Origin: Octopus vulgaris
Taxonomy: Eukaryota
Direction: 5' to 3'
Length of the DNA: 64,000 nucleotides
Assembly: GCA_951406725.2 (NCBI GenBank)
Contig: OX597822.1
Coordinates: 20,522,001-20,586,000, forward strand
Part shown: piece after piece, positions 1 through 12,699 of the stretch
Layout of the letters: each line of letters starts with the position of its first letter
Position numbering within the stretch: position 1 is the first letter of the stretch
Translations under genes and position numbers: made by a program
The notes under the pieces: generated by a model
The model's input: only the letters and a program-made list of their open reading frames with translations
Databases searched by the model: none
What the model was told of the DNA's origin: nothing

Positions 1-274
1 AATAAAAAGAAAAACGAAAAGCTAGATGTCTATCAGCAACGAAACTTATACATAAATATGCATAGCTGTTATATATAAAACGGCCACAAAGCCTGTAACG
101 TGATAGATGAACCTGCAAGAAATAGCTGCTAAAACCTTCCAAAATTACATTCTAGAAGGAAAAATACATTATGATACAATATGCATCATAATAAACAGGA
201 TGGTCATAGATTGAACGACTTTTATTATTATTATTATTGTTGTTGTTGTTGTTATTATTATTATCATTATTATT

Positions 275-349
<75 letters not shown>

Positions 350-351
350 GA

Positions 352-718
352 AAGCGGCGAGCTGGCAGAAACGTTAGCACCTCGGGCGAAATGCGTAGCC
401 GTATTTCGTCTGCCGTTACGTTCTGAGTTCAAATTCCGCCGAGGTCGACTTTGCCTTTCATCCTTTCGGGGTCGATGTAATCGAATTAATCCGTTTGTCT
501 GTCCATGTGTGTCCTCTCTGTGTTTAGCCCCTGGTGGGTAGTAAAGAAATAGGTATTCCGTCTGTCGCTTCGTTCTAAGTTCAAATTCCGCCGAGGTCGA
601 CTTTGCCTTTCTTCCTTTCGGGGGCGATGAAACCAGTACCAGTTGAACTCTGGGGCGATGTAATCGACTTAACCTCCGCCCCCCAAATTGCTGCCCTTCT
701 GGCAAAATTTTAAACCAT
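352..718 (+). mobile_element. Dimeric tRNA-derived SINE (family A): left monomer with a Tx1-like tail (~352-550) fused to a 5'-truncated right monomer (~552-718)
   Basis: A-box-like TGGCAGAAACGTTAG and B-box GAGTTCAAATTCC; the central block GAGGTCGACTTTGCCTTTC(A/T)TCCTTTCGGGG occurs twice; (TTA)n on both flanks. Confidence 0.8.
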
Positions 719-764
719 TATTATGATTATTATTATTGTTGTTGTTGTCGCTGTTGTTGTTTTA

Positions 765-2360
765 CTTCTCAGGGCGCTCGGTCTTGTTTGCTCTGGATGA
801 CTCTGTGAGAACGGACAGCAGCCTGTTGTCAGAGGTCTCACGTTTTCCGCACATTGTAAGCTTTGATATTTGGTTGTTAATTATCGCGGAAGACATTCAA
901 CATCCAAGTACTAACCTCAAAATTCTAACTATCCCCAGCAGAGCAGTTTTTTGGGCCTGCTCTGCTCCCACGTCAATTCCAATTGCTCTGACATATATCT
1001 CGAATTTGGTTCTTAGTGCTCCGAGTGCTCCTACAATTACTGGGATGACAGACACTCTCCTCATAATCCACATTCTTGCAATTTCGTCTTTTACTAGTCT
1101 GTACCTTCCATTTTTTTTTAGTTCTCTGTCACTTATTCGTGCATTGCCAGGTATTGCAATATCTATAATCTTTATCTGCCACAACAATATCTGGTCTCTG
1201 ATCATCAATTAGGGAGTCACATTGGATTGTAAAATCCCACAATATCTTATACTTCTTGTTCTCGGTGACTCCTTCTGGTTCATGTTCATATTATTTCCGC
1301 GCTCTGTCGAAGTCATACTTTCTTCATGGACAAACTCAACCACGTAGTCGTGCCTCCTTTTGTAGTGATTTTCGGCCAGCTTGCTACATTCACAATATGT
1401 GAAATTGTTTCGTTTTTGCTGCCACACATTCTACAAATTGCTTGGTTGCTACATTCACAATATGTGAAATTGCTTTCACAATATGAAATTGTTTCGTTTT
1501 TGCTGCCACACATTCTACAAAGGGGCGATTCGCTGCTCTTATCCTGTATCTACAATCTTGTTCCTGATAGCTCTCCTTCTTTTGGATTTCACATTTCTAT
1601 CTTTTTCCAAGGTATTGATATGTTTTTATAGTTTATTCATTGATTACTTTATTCTTTTTTTTCCACCATGGCTCTTTTTCTTCATTTCCTCTTTTACGAG
1701 TTGGTTCGAGGCCTACTTTTTTTCCTGTATAGACGATACAAACTTTAATCAGTCAATTCATTCTGGTTATATTATCTGTCTTATTTTCTTACAGCATGTT
1801 ATTCACCTCCTGGGTTCACCCTTTGAGAAAATTTATATTTTTTCTGAATCCATTTATTTCCATACCCAGGTTTTCCTCAATGATATTAGTGATGTCTTCG
1901 ATCATGTCCTCATCATTCAGTCCTTTTAACTCCTAAGGCTTAAGTCCTCATAATTCTCCCGGGCACCCTCATTAAATATAATCTTGACAACTTTCTCTGT
2001 AGCCACATCTGCACTCCCTGTGTTTTTGATCATTACCCGCTTCTTACCTCTGCTATTGTAAGCCATCCTTTCCTCCCTATTACCCTTACCTGGTCACAGA
2101 GTCTCTGTTCTGTAATATCTGAGCCCCGTTTTTCTATCCACATGTCATGCATCTTTCTTGTATATCCTTCTGTTGGGTTGCCCTTCATCATCAATGGGTC
2201 TACTCAAAATTAACATTCCATGACAGCTGCATTCATCATCTTAATCTATTTTCTTCTGGCAGCCGTATAATGACGACCAGGCCTGTACTGCTCACCTACA
2301 GGCCACCTGCCAGGCAAAAGTCCGTCACCTGTAGTTCTGTCCTCATTTACGCCATTGTTT
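765..2360 (-). mobile_element. R4/Dong-clade non-LTR retrotransposon remnant, internally deleted (N-terminus joined to zinc knuckle + RLE endonuclease; RT missing)
   Basis: Minus strand reads RRK*..MNAAVMEC..SRPIDDEG (N-term, ~2270-2170), KEPWWKK (~1680-1655), CRMCGSKNETISHIV..CSKLAENHYKRRHD (CCHC), then IIDIAIPG..K..RY..IPVIVGALG..QKTALLG..RILR (RLE, 897-1208); 3' end runs into (AAC/AAT)n. Confidence 0.8.
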
Positions 2361-2432
2361 GCATCATCATCATCATCATCATCATCATAGTCATCGTCGG
2401 CGTCGTCGCTGTTACTGTTGTTGCTGTTGTTG

Positions 2433-2524
<92 letters not shown>

Positions 2525-2534
2525 ATTATTTTAA

Positions 2535-2742
2535 GGCGGCGAGCTGGTAGAATCGTTAGCACTCCGGGCGAATTGCTCAGCGACGTTTCGTCTGTCTTTA
2601 CATTCTGAGTTCAAATTTCGCCGAGGTCGACTTTGCTTTTCATCCTTTCGCGGTCAATAAAATATGTACCTGTTGAATACTAGTACTCTACTATCCCCGC
2701 TTCCCCCAAATTTCCGGCCTTGTGCCTATAGTAGAAAAGATT
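2535..2742 (+). mobile_element. SINE family A monomer
   Basis: GGCGGCGAGCTGGTAGAATCGTTAGC head, B-box, central block; flanked by (TTA)n. Confidence 0.8.
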
Positions 2743-2754
2743 ATTATTATTATT

Positions 2755-3078
2755 TGATGAAAACTCTCAGCCTATTTTTCTGGGTATGATGGAAAGTGTC
2801 AGCTGTCCACAGCCAGTAGACTAAGACGACACTTATTTACTGGTCATGCTTCAAGAACCCTGCGAAGAATTCTTGCATTTCCAAGCAATGCTGATTTTTG
2901 TAGGTGTTCTATCTTTATATTTGTACTAATCTTTTAAAATCATACTAGTAGTTGAGTGCTGATACTTTCAAGTGCGCCAACTACTAGTGGTATCACATCT
3001 ACTCTCCACATTGACCTCGATCTTCGTATTTCCCAATTCAAATCGCCGTAGTTGTTCAGTTTTCTTCGTGTTAATTTA
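2755..3078 (-). mobile_element. R4/Dong 3' fragment (RLE C-terminus + 3'UTR), a second family
   Basis: YGDLNWEIRR..VDVIPLVVGAL..EHLQKSALLGNARILRRVLEA*; (TAA)n at both ends; 3'UTR differs from the 765-2360 copy. Confidence 0.75.
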
Positions 3079-3085
3079 CTATTAC

Positions 3086-3144
<59 letters not shown>

Positions 3145-3146
<2 letters not shown>

Positions 3147-3703
3147 GAGCGAGAAAGCAGTGCATGCCGTCAAAGCGACACTAGAGTACAAATATACGAA
3201 GCCCAGCATACCCATCATGACTACTCGTCTGGTAAGGGTATACCAGGCACATACATCATGACCATATGTGCGTGACATGGAGATCTCATATCAATATAAA
3301 CATCGCATGACCTTGCAGGTGGGGGTACAGTTAGAATTTCTTCAGGTCGAGTAGCCCATCCCACTCAAAAGGCCCCTGAATAAGGGTTGCTTAAGATGGT
3401 TGAACGAACCACTCATGTTTCCAGAGGTGAATTATTCAAACCCCAAAGAATTGCTTTCAACACATCGCTATGATGCTTCCCCACTACTTCTGCTCGTGAT
3501 CAGAGATGCACATATCGTCAGCCAAGAAGGGACATGCTCAACTGGTTAAGGTCAAACAACTGACAAGCAAATCTGTGGTATTGAGCAGAATATTTGCTGT
3601 AGCCCATCTTTTATACCAAGACAAAATAATGTACATGATAACACTTCCAAACAGTTAAGATCAGAAGCCACGAGAGCCACTGCCTGGTACTGCATCAGAG
3701 CAT
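3145..3703. mobile_element. Unclassified ~560 bp interspersed repeat embedded in (TAA)n
   Basis: Partial reverse-complement copy at 61217-61436; both copies abut TAA arrays. Confidence 0.65.
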
Positions 3704-4289
3704 TTATTATTATTATTATCATTATTATTATTATTGTTATTATTATTATTATTTGTTATTTATAGGGTGATCGATTCTCAAAATCGGTAGAGTGGTAGAG
3801 ACAAGGTCTAGCATTATTTAGTTGTCTTTGATTATATTACTTGCTGAGTTAATATTCCATCGAGGTGAAATTTATTTTTCAGTCTTACGAGAGTGGGTTG
3901 GGGGTGGGTATTCAAATCCTGGTGAATTTATAATCGACACTTTTAATCTCTCAAATCTGAGGTCTCGTACTTTTGTTGGAAATTATTACTATTACCCAAG
4001 GCTAAATCAAAACGACTGCCAATCATTTTCGCTCGATTGCGTAGACTCGGTAATTGAAATTTTATGCATTTAACCGTGATATAAATATATTTAAGGTCCT
4101 GTGATTTTGTTATGCCATTTATTGATGATACAACAATTTACAGTTAGTTTCGTGTACCCACATGATTTATGTTCACCCAAGTCCAAGCTAGTTTTATTGC
4201 TTCATAACAGCATGATAATCCTTCGATTTATAGCCGATGTCTTTTTCACTTTTCCTTTTGATATTATTAATATTACCCAATGTTCAGAC

Positions 4290-4726
4290 CAGATGTCGGC
4301 AAAGTGGTCAATATTGATCACTGGTGGGTCTATGTGGCTATCCAAGTGGTCGATAAACACCTGAAACGATTTCGTGCAATAAGGGTGCTGAATTATTAGC
4401 GAACTGAATCTGAAAGAGCTTGGTAATACTCACTAATTTCCAGCCAAATATCGATGCAATAACTAATATTCACAAAACACATATTTCACATTCAATATCC
4501 CGACTTTATTAATAAAATAAGACGAAAGTTTTAGTGTTCTTTATTAATTTCGTTAATTATTTTCATTAACGAACGAAGAAATGATTGTTTTTAAACCAGG
4601 AATTTTTTATCAGTTATACTCTTTAATTTTATTTTAAAAATTTACATGATGTGGGTCGATAAGTTATCGACGATTCTGTGAAGGGGTCAATGATACAAAT
4701 AAAATTTCTTGTATCATTGACCCCTT
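4290..4726. mobile_element. Degraded hAT-like MITE
   Basis: Starts CAGATGTCGGCAAAGTGGTC; repeated GG(G)TCGAT-type subterminal motifs near both ends; right end is an 18-bp perfect hairpin. Confidence 0.4.
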
Positions 4727-4844
4727 GGGTGAGACAGATTAGTACGTCTTCATAATAATCTTCACACACTTTGACTTATTAAACAAAAACTAGTGTGAAG
4801 CAGAATTTGAACAATTTTAGTCTAAATTGATCTTTTACCATTTG

Positions 4845-5210
4845 GCGTTTACTTGTTTCAGTCATTAGATTGCGGCCATACTGGGGCAATGACTTGAAGA
4901 ATTGTAGTTGAACTAATCGGCCCCAGCGATTATTATTTTAAAGACTTGTATTTATTCTATCGGTTCCTATGCCGATACGGCATAAGTTACGGGGATGTAA
5001 ACATACTAACGCAGTTGTCTAGCAGTGATGGGGGACAAACACAAATACACACACACACATACACACACACGACGACCTTATTTCAGTTTCCATCTACCAG
5101 ATATCCACTCACAAGGCTTTGGTCGGCCCGGGCCTATTATAGGATACACTTGCCCAATTGAACCTGGAACGACGTGATTGGGAAGCGAGCTTCTCACCAC
5201 AAAGCCATGT
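4845..5210 (-). mobile_element. SINE family B (CORE-like, internal microsatellite), diverged
   Basis: Colinear with the 35424-35830 copy. Confidence 0.7.
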
Positions 5211-5569
5211 CCATAATGAATTCAATGAAGAAAACAGCAAAAAGTGTCTAATCACCGCCTGATTTTAAAAAATGTATTTTTACAAATTTTTCTTTGATGA
5301 AAATGTATTCATTCATGTATTATATTACAGAATTAGAACTAAATGTAAATTGGAATTGCAACTTCGTTAGTCTTTAATTCACTCAAATCGGAAGAATAAC
5401 AAGAATAAACCTGACTTTTGACATTGATTGTTTATACATATCAAATACTGGCTACTGTTTATTACACATCAAATACTGGCTAATGTAATTTTTATCTGTC
5501 ATGAAAGTGGAAGCTTCCACAATCACTTGATTCATATTAAATCAAAAGATGCTTTCTTAATTTTTATTT

Positions 5570-6171
<602 letters not shown>

Positions 6172-6614
6172 GTAGAATAAGCAACAAAATGTCCTTGGTA
6201 TAGCAAAATATATTTGAAACAAAAAAATGAATAGAAATAGCTTTTTTTCCACTTTAATAATTAGATGTTTATAAATTATTAGGTGTTTATAAATGGTGAC
6301 TCTGTCGTGAGTTTCTCGCTTAAAAGCGGTTTTGAAACAGTCTGAAAACCGTTTTCAAGCGATAAACTCACAACTGAGTCATATAATTTATAAACATCTA
6401 ATTATTAAAGTGGAAAAATTATCAGAAAAGCCATTTCTATTCTTTTTTCAAATGTATATATACAGAATGGTTTTATTTTCCTTGCAGTGCTTCTTTTTAC
6501 CACTAAACTGCCCAAGACTATTTTTACTTCCATTTGTAAAGAGACTATGTGCTTCGGCCTACGTGTCTAACAAGTCGTCTACATTACTAAGTGCAATATT
6601 AGACGTAAAAACCT

Positions 6615-6849
6615 TTACTCTTTTACTCTTTCACTTGTTTCAGTCATTTGACTGTGGCCATGCTGGAGCACCGCCTTTAGTCGAGCAAATCGACACCAGG
6701 ACTTATACTTTGTAAGCCTTGCACTTAATCTATCGGTCTCTTTTGCCGAAGCGCTTGGTTATGGGGACGTAAACACACAAGCATCGGTTGTGTAGCGATG
6801 TTGAGGGACAAATACAGACACACAAACATATACACACACATACCTACAT

Positions 6850-6885
<36 letters not shown>

Positions 6886-7410
6886 ATTATTTGAGGGAAT
6901 AAAATCCAAACTTACAAGGAAAAAGAATTCAATTTAGAAATACTAAATCAAATTCCACACAATAAAATATATATATAAAATATTAGAAAAAAACCACCTT
7001 TTATCAATTCAAAATGAATAATTAAATTACACCATCTAGATAATTACATATAATAGAAAAGTTAAAATTAAAATAACAATAAAAAGTAAAGATTAAGTAA
7101 ATTACAAAAATAATTTAATGTATATAAAAGGTACCTTCTATTATATGTAATTATCTAGATGGTGTAATTTAATTATTCATTTTGAATTGATAAAAGGTGG
7201 TTTTTTCTAATATTTTATATATATATATATATATATACATATATACGACGGGCTTCTTTCAGTTTCCGTCTGCCAAATCTACTCACAAGGCTTTGGTCGG
7301 CCCGAGGCTATAGTAGAAGACACTTGCCCAAGGTGTCACGCAGTGGAACTGAACCCGGAACCATGTGGTTGGTAAGCAAGCTACTTACCACACAGCCAGT
7401 CTTACGCCTA
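6615..7410 (-). mobile_element. SINE family B, interrupted in its internal (TA)n by a ~340 bp foldback insert (~6883-7226)
   Basis: 3' half at ~6615-6850 and 5' half at ~7240-7410 both match 35424-35830. Confidence 0.8.
6967..7226. repeat. Near-perfect ~90 bp inverted repeat (6967-7058 / 7136-7226), 77 bp spacer
   Basis: TATTAGAAAAAAACCACC...TAATAGAA versus TTCTATTA...GGTGGTTTTTTCTAATA; one indel. Confidence 0.9.
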
Positions 7411-7475
7411 TAGAAAGTTACCTTCGGTAACTTTCTGACTATCCATAACCTAGGATATACTACTCGACTACATAA

Positions 7476-7554
<79 letters not shown>

Positions 7555-7863
7555 ATATATATATATATATATATAAAGCCCAGTACTTATTCTATCGGTC
7601 TCTTTTGCCGAACCGCTAAGTGACAGGGACATATATATATATATATATATATATTATTATGTATGTATGTATGTGTGTGTGTGTTCAAAAGTAGAAAGAC
7701 ACGTAAACGATAACGCCTGTATCTATACGAAAAGTTGTGTTAAACTGTATACGCAACTTCTCATGTAAATACTTTCTTTACGCCTGTTTCCGTTTGTTTG
7801 TCTTTTTACTTCTATACCCGTTCGATTTCAATTGTTCTCTTGGCTGACTTTTTTTATCTCTCG

Positions 7864-8249
7864 TATGTATGTATGTATGTATGTATGTATGTATGTATGT
7901 ATGTACGAAGAGGGATTGATCATGTCGTCAGAATGACTGAAACCGAAGTCCAAAAGTTCTTATGTAACAATTCCATAACGACAGAAGCATAGAAACGGCT
8001 ACGGATGTGATTATGAGGACAAACTCAAAACTTAGCTGGAAGTGAGAAAGATTTCTCCAGAAAAATGTGAAAATACTGCACTGAATCGCAGCGAATGGAG
8101 GTTAAAAAAACTTATGAATTAAGCGGTCTGGATCATCTTAAAGAACTAAAGCGAAGGCAAAGTCTTGAACTAAAAAGCCAGCCGATTTGTATAACAATCC
8201 TTTTCTCAAGTCTGTAGACTTGTCTGTAAATCGTTGGCAGGATTAAAGA
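7864..8249 (+). mobile_element. Decayed RTE-like LINE 3' fragment, duplicate copy 1
   Basis: [31 protein letters not shown] across stops; near-identical to 11998-12402. Confidence 0.6.
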
Positions 8250-8371
8250 TGAAGATGGAATTTTAGATTCTGATCTCTCTAAGTACTACTTACTTTGTGA
8301 CTATTTACACCACACTTAAACTAGCGTTTTATCACCATTTGTTTATTTGTATATAAATATATGAAATAAAT

Positions 8372-8626
8372 AAATGAATGCGCCCATATAAAGCCTAGCC
8401 AGGCTCATAGGCCCGGTTTCCCGGTTTCTATGGCGTATGTGTTCCCCAGCTGGACGGGACGCCAGTCCATCGCAGCTTTGCTCATTTTTGCCAGCTGAGT
8501 GGACTGGAGCAACGTGAAATGAAGTGTTTTGCTCAAGAACACAGCGCGTCGTTCGGTCCAGGAATCGAAACCACAATCTTACGACCATAGTGCTGACACC
8601 CTACCCACTAAGCCACGCGCCTCCAC
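8372..8626 (-). mobile_element. SINE family C (tRNA head + CORE-like + V-domain-like blocks)
   Basis: A-box TGGCTTAGTGG, B-box GGTTTCGATTCC, TGTGTTCTTGAGCAAAACAC, CTGCGATGGACTGGCGTCCCGTCCAG; degraded relatives at ~10020-10240 (-) and ~26130-26230 (+). Confidence 0.7.
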
Positions 8627-10371
8627 ATATAAATATATGCTTGGGAAAGAAATAAATAAATAAAAAGGGAAAAAAAGGATTCCATTGAGTTCCTGTCTAC
8701 CAACTTCCCTCACAAGTTATCGGTTGATTTGGGGATATACTAAAAGGGTGTCGTGAAATGAAACAAATCAGAAATCACGTAGTTCGTAGTTGCGAAACAT
8801 GCGGTTCTCCAGAATATTTGTAGGTGTAATGGTTAAAGCAAATTAAAGATCAATAAGCCATGTATATTTGTATGTATGTGCGTATATGCCTGCTTGCATA
8901 TGTATGTTCGTGATGGTGGTGGTGGCGATGGTGGTGTCTGTGGTGTCGGTAGTGGTGGTGGTGCGTGTGTGTGTTTGTGCGTATACTATCATTCACGATT
9001 CACCTTCCTGTCGGATATGTCGCTTATTTGATCGGACATTTGACTAGTAACGAGTAAAAGAGAAAAGATAAAAAGTCTCATTTTATTTTATCAAAACTGG
9101 CTGTTATCTTCTTCCGACTGTTCATTCTTCCATTAAGTCAGAGATATTTTGCAGACATTTCTATTCCTTACTTCGGGTCTAATTTGGAATGTGTGTGTGT
9201 TATGAAATTGCTCACATTTTCTAGAACCCCAAGGTCAACCATAATCGATTCCAATTAGATCGGTTCACATTTCTCAGAACAATCCTGATCTACTTAAATG
9301 TATATCTCTATTCACCGCTTACATTTAATATTTTCATGACTAAGCAAAACTGGATATTTATATCCGATATTGTTTTCTTATTAAAAAAAATAATGCTAAT
9401 TTTTCGTACCGACCCGATATTCTACTCCTACTTGCAATTACAGCAAAATCTTAAAATTCACTGAGGGGATCGAATAAAATCGAAACATGTCCGGAATTGT
9501 TTCTACAACCCACAGAAATGATTAAAAGGATATAAACCATTAACTACATTAGTATTTCTTATTAGAGCTTTAATGTTCACTACATTCAATTAGCCTACAA
9601 TGGCGTGTCTATTCTAGAACTGTGGCGTGGCTAAATGATCGAAATTCTAAGTCTATAGAACGCTCTAGCATTTACTACTGTAAGAAATGACGCTTACATA
9701 TGGCAACAAACATCATTTTGGATAGGGTGTTGAAAATATGGAATAACATCCATTAGAAAAATATATAATTGATTTTTAGATTTGGCACATTGTCTGTTGG
9801 GGCACAAACAATCGAATAGTTAGACTCCGTCAGTGATAATTAAGTTATCAAATAAGATATGATTATTTTATCATCACTGGGATTTGAACAGGTGGGTATT
9901 GAACTCACAACTTAAAGAGACGTGACTAAACATCACGAAAACCTTTTAGTCTGATACTGCAATCTATCTAGACTCAAGGCTACAAATTTATGGAAGAGTT
10001 TAGGTCTGTCATGAGTATATACTGACTAATTAGGCCAGAATTTGTCTGGGTTCCATGACGTACAAGTTACTGAGAGCACAATACTTCTCTTTGAATGGGA
10101 CTCTGTTAAGGAGTTAACCCCAGAAGTTACTGGTATTTTCAACAGAGTAGAGTGGAGCAACGTGAAACGAAGTGCTTTGCTCATGAAAACAACATGCCTC
10201 TTCGGATAAGAATCGAAAGTACGACCCTACGGTCATGAGTCCGGGATGAAATACATGTAAAAAAGATCTGATTCCTGATGTCTTTGTTCTTGCTTAGCTA
10301 CTATTTAATCGTTATTGATGAGGCATTTGACCAAAGTATCCCATCTGTGATCATGTCTAAGACGACATTTA

Positions 10372-10780
10372 AGGCGGTGAGCTGTCAGAATCGTTAGCAC
10401 GCTGGCGAAATGCTTAGCAGCATTTCACGTTCTGAGTTCATATTCCACCGAGGTCGACTTTACTTTTCATCTTTTTAGGGTCGATAAAATAAGTACCATT
10501 TGAGTACGGGGATCGATGTAATCGACTTACTCTCTCCTGGTTTTCTGCCAAAATTTGAAATCCTTATTTCAGAGTCGTTAGCAGAGTCGTTAGCACGCCA
10601 GGCAAAATGCATAGCGGCGTTTCGTCCAACTTTATGTTCTGAGCTCAAATTCTGCCAAACTCGACTTTCATCCATTCATGATCGATAAAATGAGTACCAG
10701 TTAAACGCTGGAGTCAATGGATGTAATCGACTTACCCCCTCCCACAAAACTGCTGGTCTTATGCCAAATTTTTAAACTGA
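10372..10780 (+). mobile_element. Two tandem SINE family A copies
   Basis: Head, B-box and central block repeated at ~10372-10560 and ~10575-10780. Confidence 0.7.
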
Positions 10781-11997
10781 TATCTAAGACTACATTTTAC
10801 AATTTGTCCTTCTAATTTTAAAACCCGTGTGTGTAGTGTAAGAAACATTTGACAGCTATTTCTATTTTTTGTAGGCTGAAAGACTTTGTAGTGGGCTCCC
10901 TCATTTGCTCGTTAGGGTTGAGTACTAATATGAGGTGCTAATTTATCGGTGCGATCACATTATCTTGCATGAGAAGATCTTAAATGGAGGAAAGCGATAT
11001 GCTAAGGTGAACAGTAGAGAAAACTGAAAGAAAAAAAAGCAGTACAGTTCTCGTTGCTAAATTTCTCTTAACACCACTTGACTCATCAGGTTATATTCAA
11101 GTGTTCTCACTTCGCTGTTTGTCAAAATACTGTTATCATTTCTATCTCACCTTCTTAGATGGTGATAATGGAGGATATATATGTTTTGTTTTAAATATTT
11201 GCGATGTCCTAGTGTATCCTTTATCTTCCACATACTGACGTTATTTCCTTCAGATCTAGGTACCTTAGATACATTAGTGTCTTACATGTGTGTCTTTATG
11301 CGTATGCATCCGTAGGTGTGTGTGTTGTGTGTGTGTGTGTGTGTGTGTGTGTGGTGGGAGAAGGCGGAGACAGAAAGATATATAGAAGGAAAAAAGCTTT
11401 GATACCTTCGTTTGATATCCCCACGATATCTGTTGATCGTCATAGCAATAGAATGTAAACAAGATTTCACATCAGAGTATGTCAGTTTGTAAATATTCCC
11501 TTCCTGCGTTTTCAATCAATGTCAATGTTATCTCGGTAAGAATCTAATCAATTCCTTCTTAAGAGTTCTCTTACAAAACAAGGATTAAGTTGGAACAATT
11601 ATTACAAAGAAGAAAGTATTTTCAGTGAAGTTTACTTAAAAACATTTTTTTAAGTGGATTTTTCTCATTGCTTCCATTTCGCTTTTGCCTTCAGTTATTA
11701 CTTGGTGTTGTGTATTGTCTTGTTATTGTTACCGTTGGTCGTGTGAATTGCTATTAGTAAGTAATGTACATTTTATGTACGACACGACGTTAATCAGAGC
11801 TGAAACAAATTTAAATGTTTTAAATAGAAATATATATATATATATATACACACATATGCAAACGCAAATATACCTACATGCATACGTGCATACGTACAAC
11901 ATACATACATATATATGTGTGGTGTGTGCATATGTGTGTATCTTCATACATAATATATATTTATGCATACAAAGCCATATATATATGCATGCATGCA

Positions 11998-12402
11998 TGT
12001 ATGTATGTATGTATGTATGTATGTATGTATGTATGTATGTATGTATGTATGTATGTATGTACGAAGAGGGATTGATCATGTCGTCAGAATGACTGAAACC
12101 GAAGTCCAAAAGTTCTTATGTAACAATTCCATAACGACAGAAGCATAGAAACGGCTACGAATGTGATTATGAGGACAAACTCAAAACTTAGCTGGAAGTG
12201 AGAAAGATTTCTCCAGAAAAATGTGAAAATACTGCACTGAATCGCAGCGAATGGAGGTTAAAAAACTTATGAATTAAGCGGTCTGGATCATCTTAAAGAA
12301 CTAAAGCGAAGGCAAAGTCTTGAACTAAAAAGCCAGCCGATTTGTATAACAATCCTTTTCTCAAGTCTGTAGACTTGTCTGTAAATCGTTGGCAGGATTA
12401 AA
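11998..12402 (+). mobile_element. Decayed RTE-like 3' fragment, duplicate copy 2
   Basis: Same sequence as 7864-8249 apart from one substitution and one A-run indel seen by eye. Confidence 0.6.
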
Positions 12403-12574
12403 ATTTCATAAGAAGTATAGATATCAAAACAAAAGAACAAAATGTTAGACCCTCATACGTCGAAATCAACTCATCAGTTAATTCTTTTGCCATTTTATGA
12501 TTCTAGCTCCATACTTAAGTGATGTTATTGCCCATGTATGCTTGGATTTTATTTCATCGAGTCAATTTTGAGCG

Positions 12575-12615
<41 letters not shown>

Positions 12616-12699
12616 TGTTTTTGACTCGATCGGTTAATGTATCTACCTTTAAAATTGCCCTCCGTTTTCTAAAGAGAAGGAATGGAGATACTGACTCAA

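Noticed and set aside
3480-3580. Possible HDV-like ribozyme in the TAA-associated repeat
   Set aside because: A P1-like pairing exists, but P1.1, P3 and J4/2 could not be assigned
7412-7436. 11-bp perfect hairpin AGAAAGTTACC-TTC-GGTAACTTTCT beside a SINE 5' end
   Set aside because: Too short to assign a function; a bacterial-terminator reading is irrelevant here
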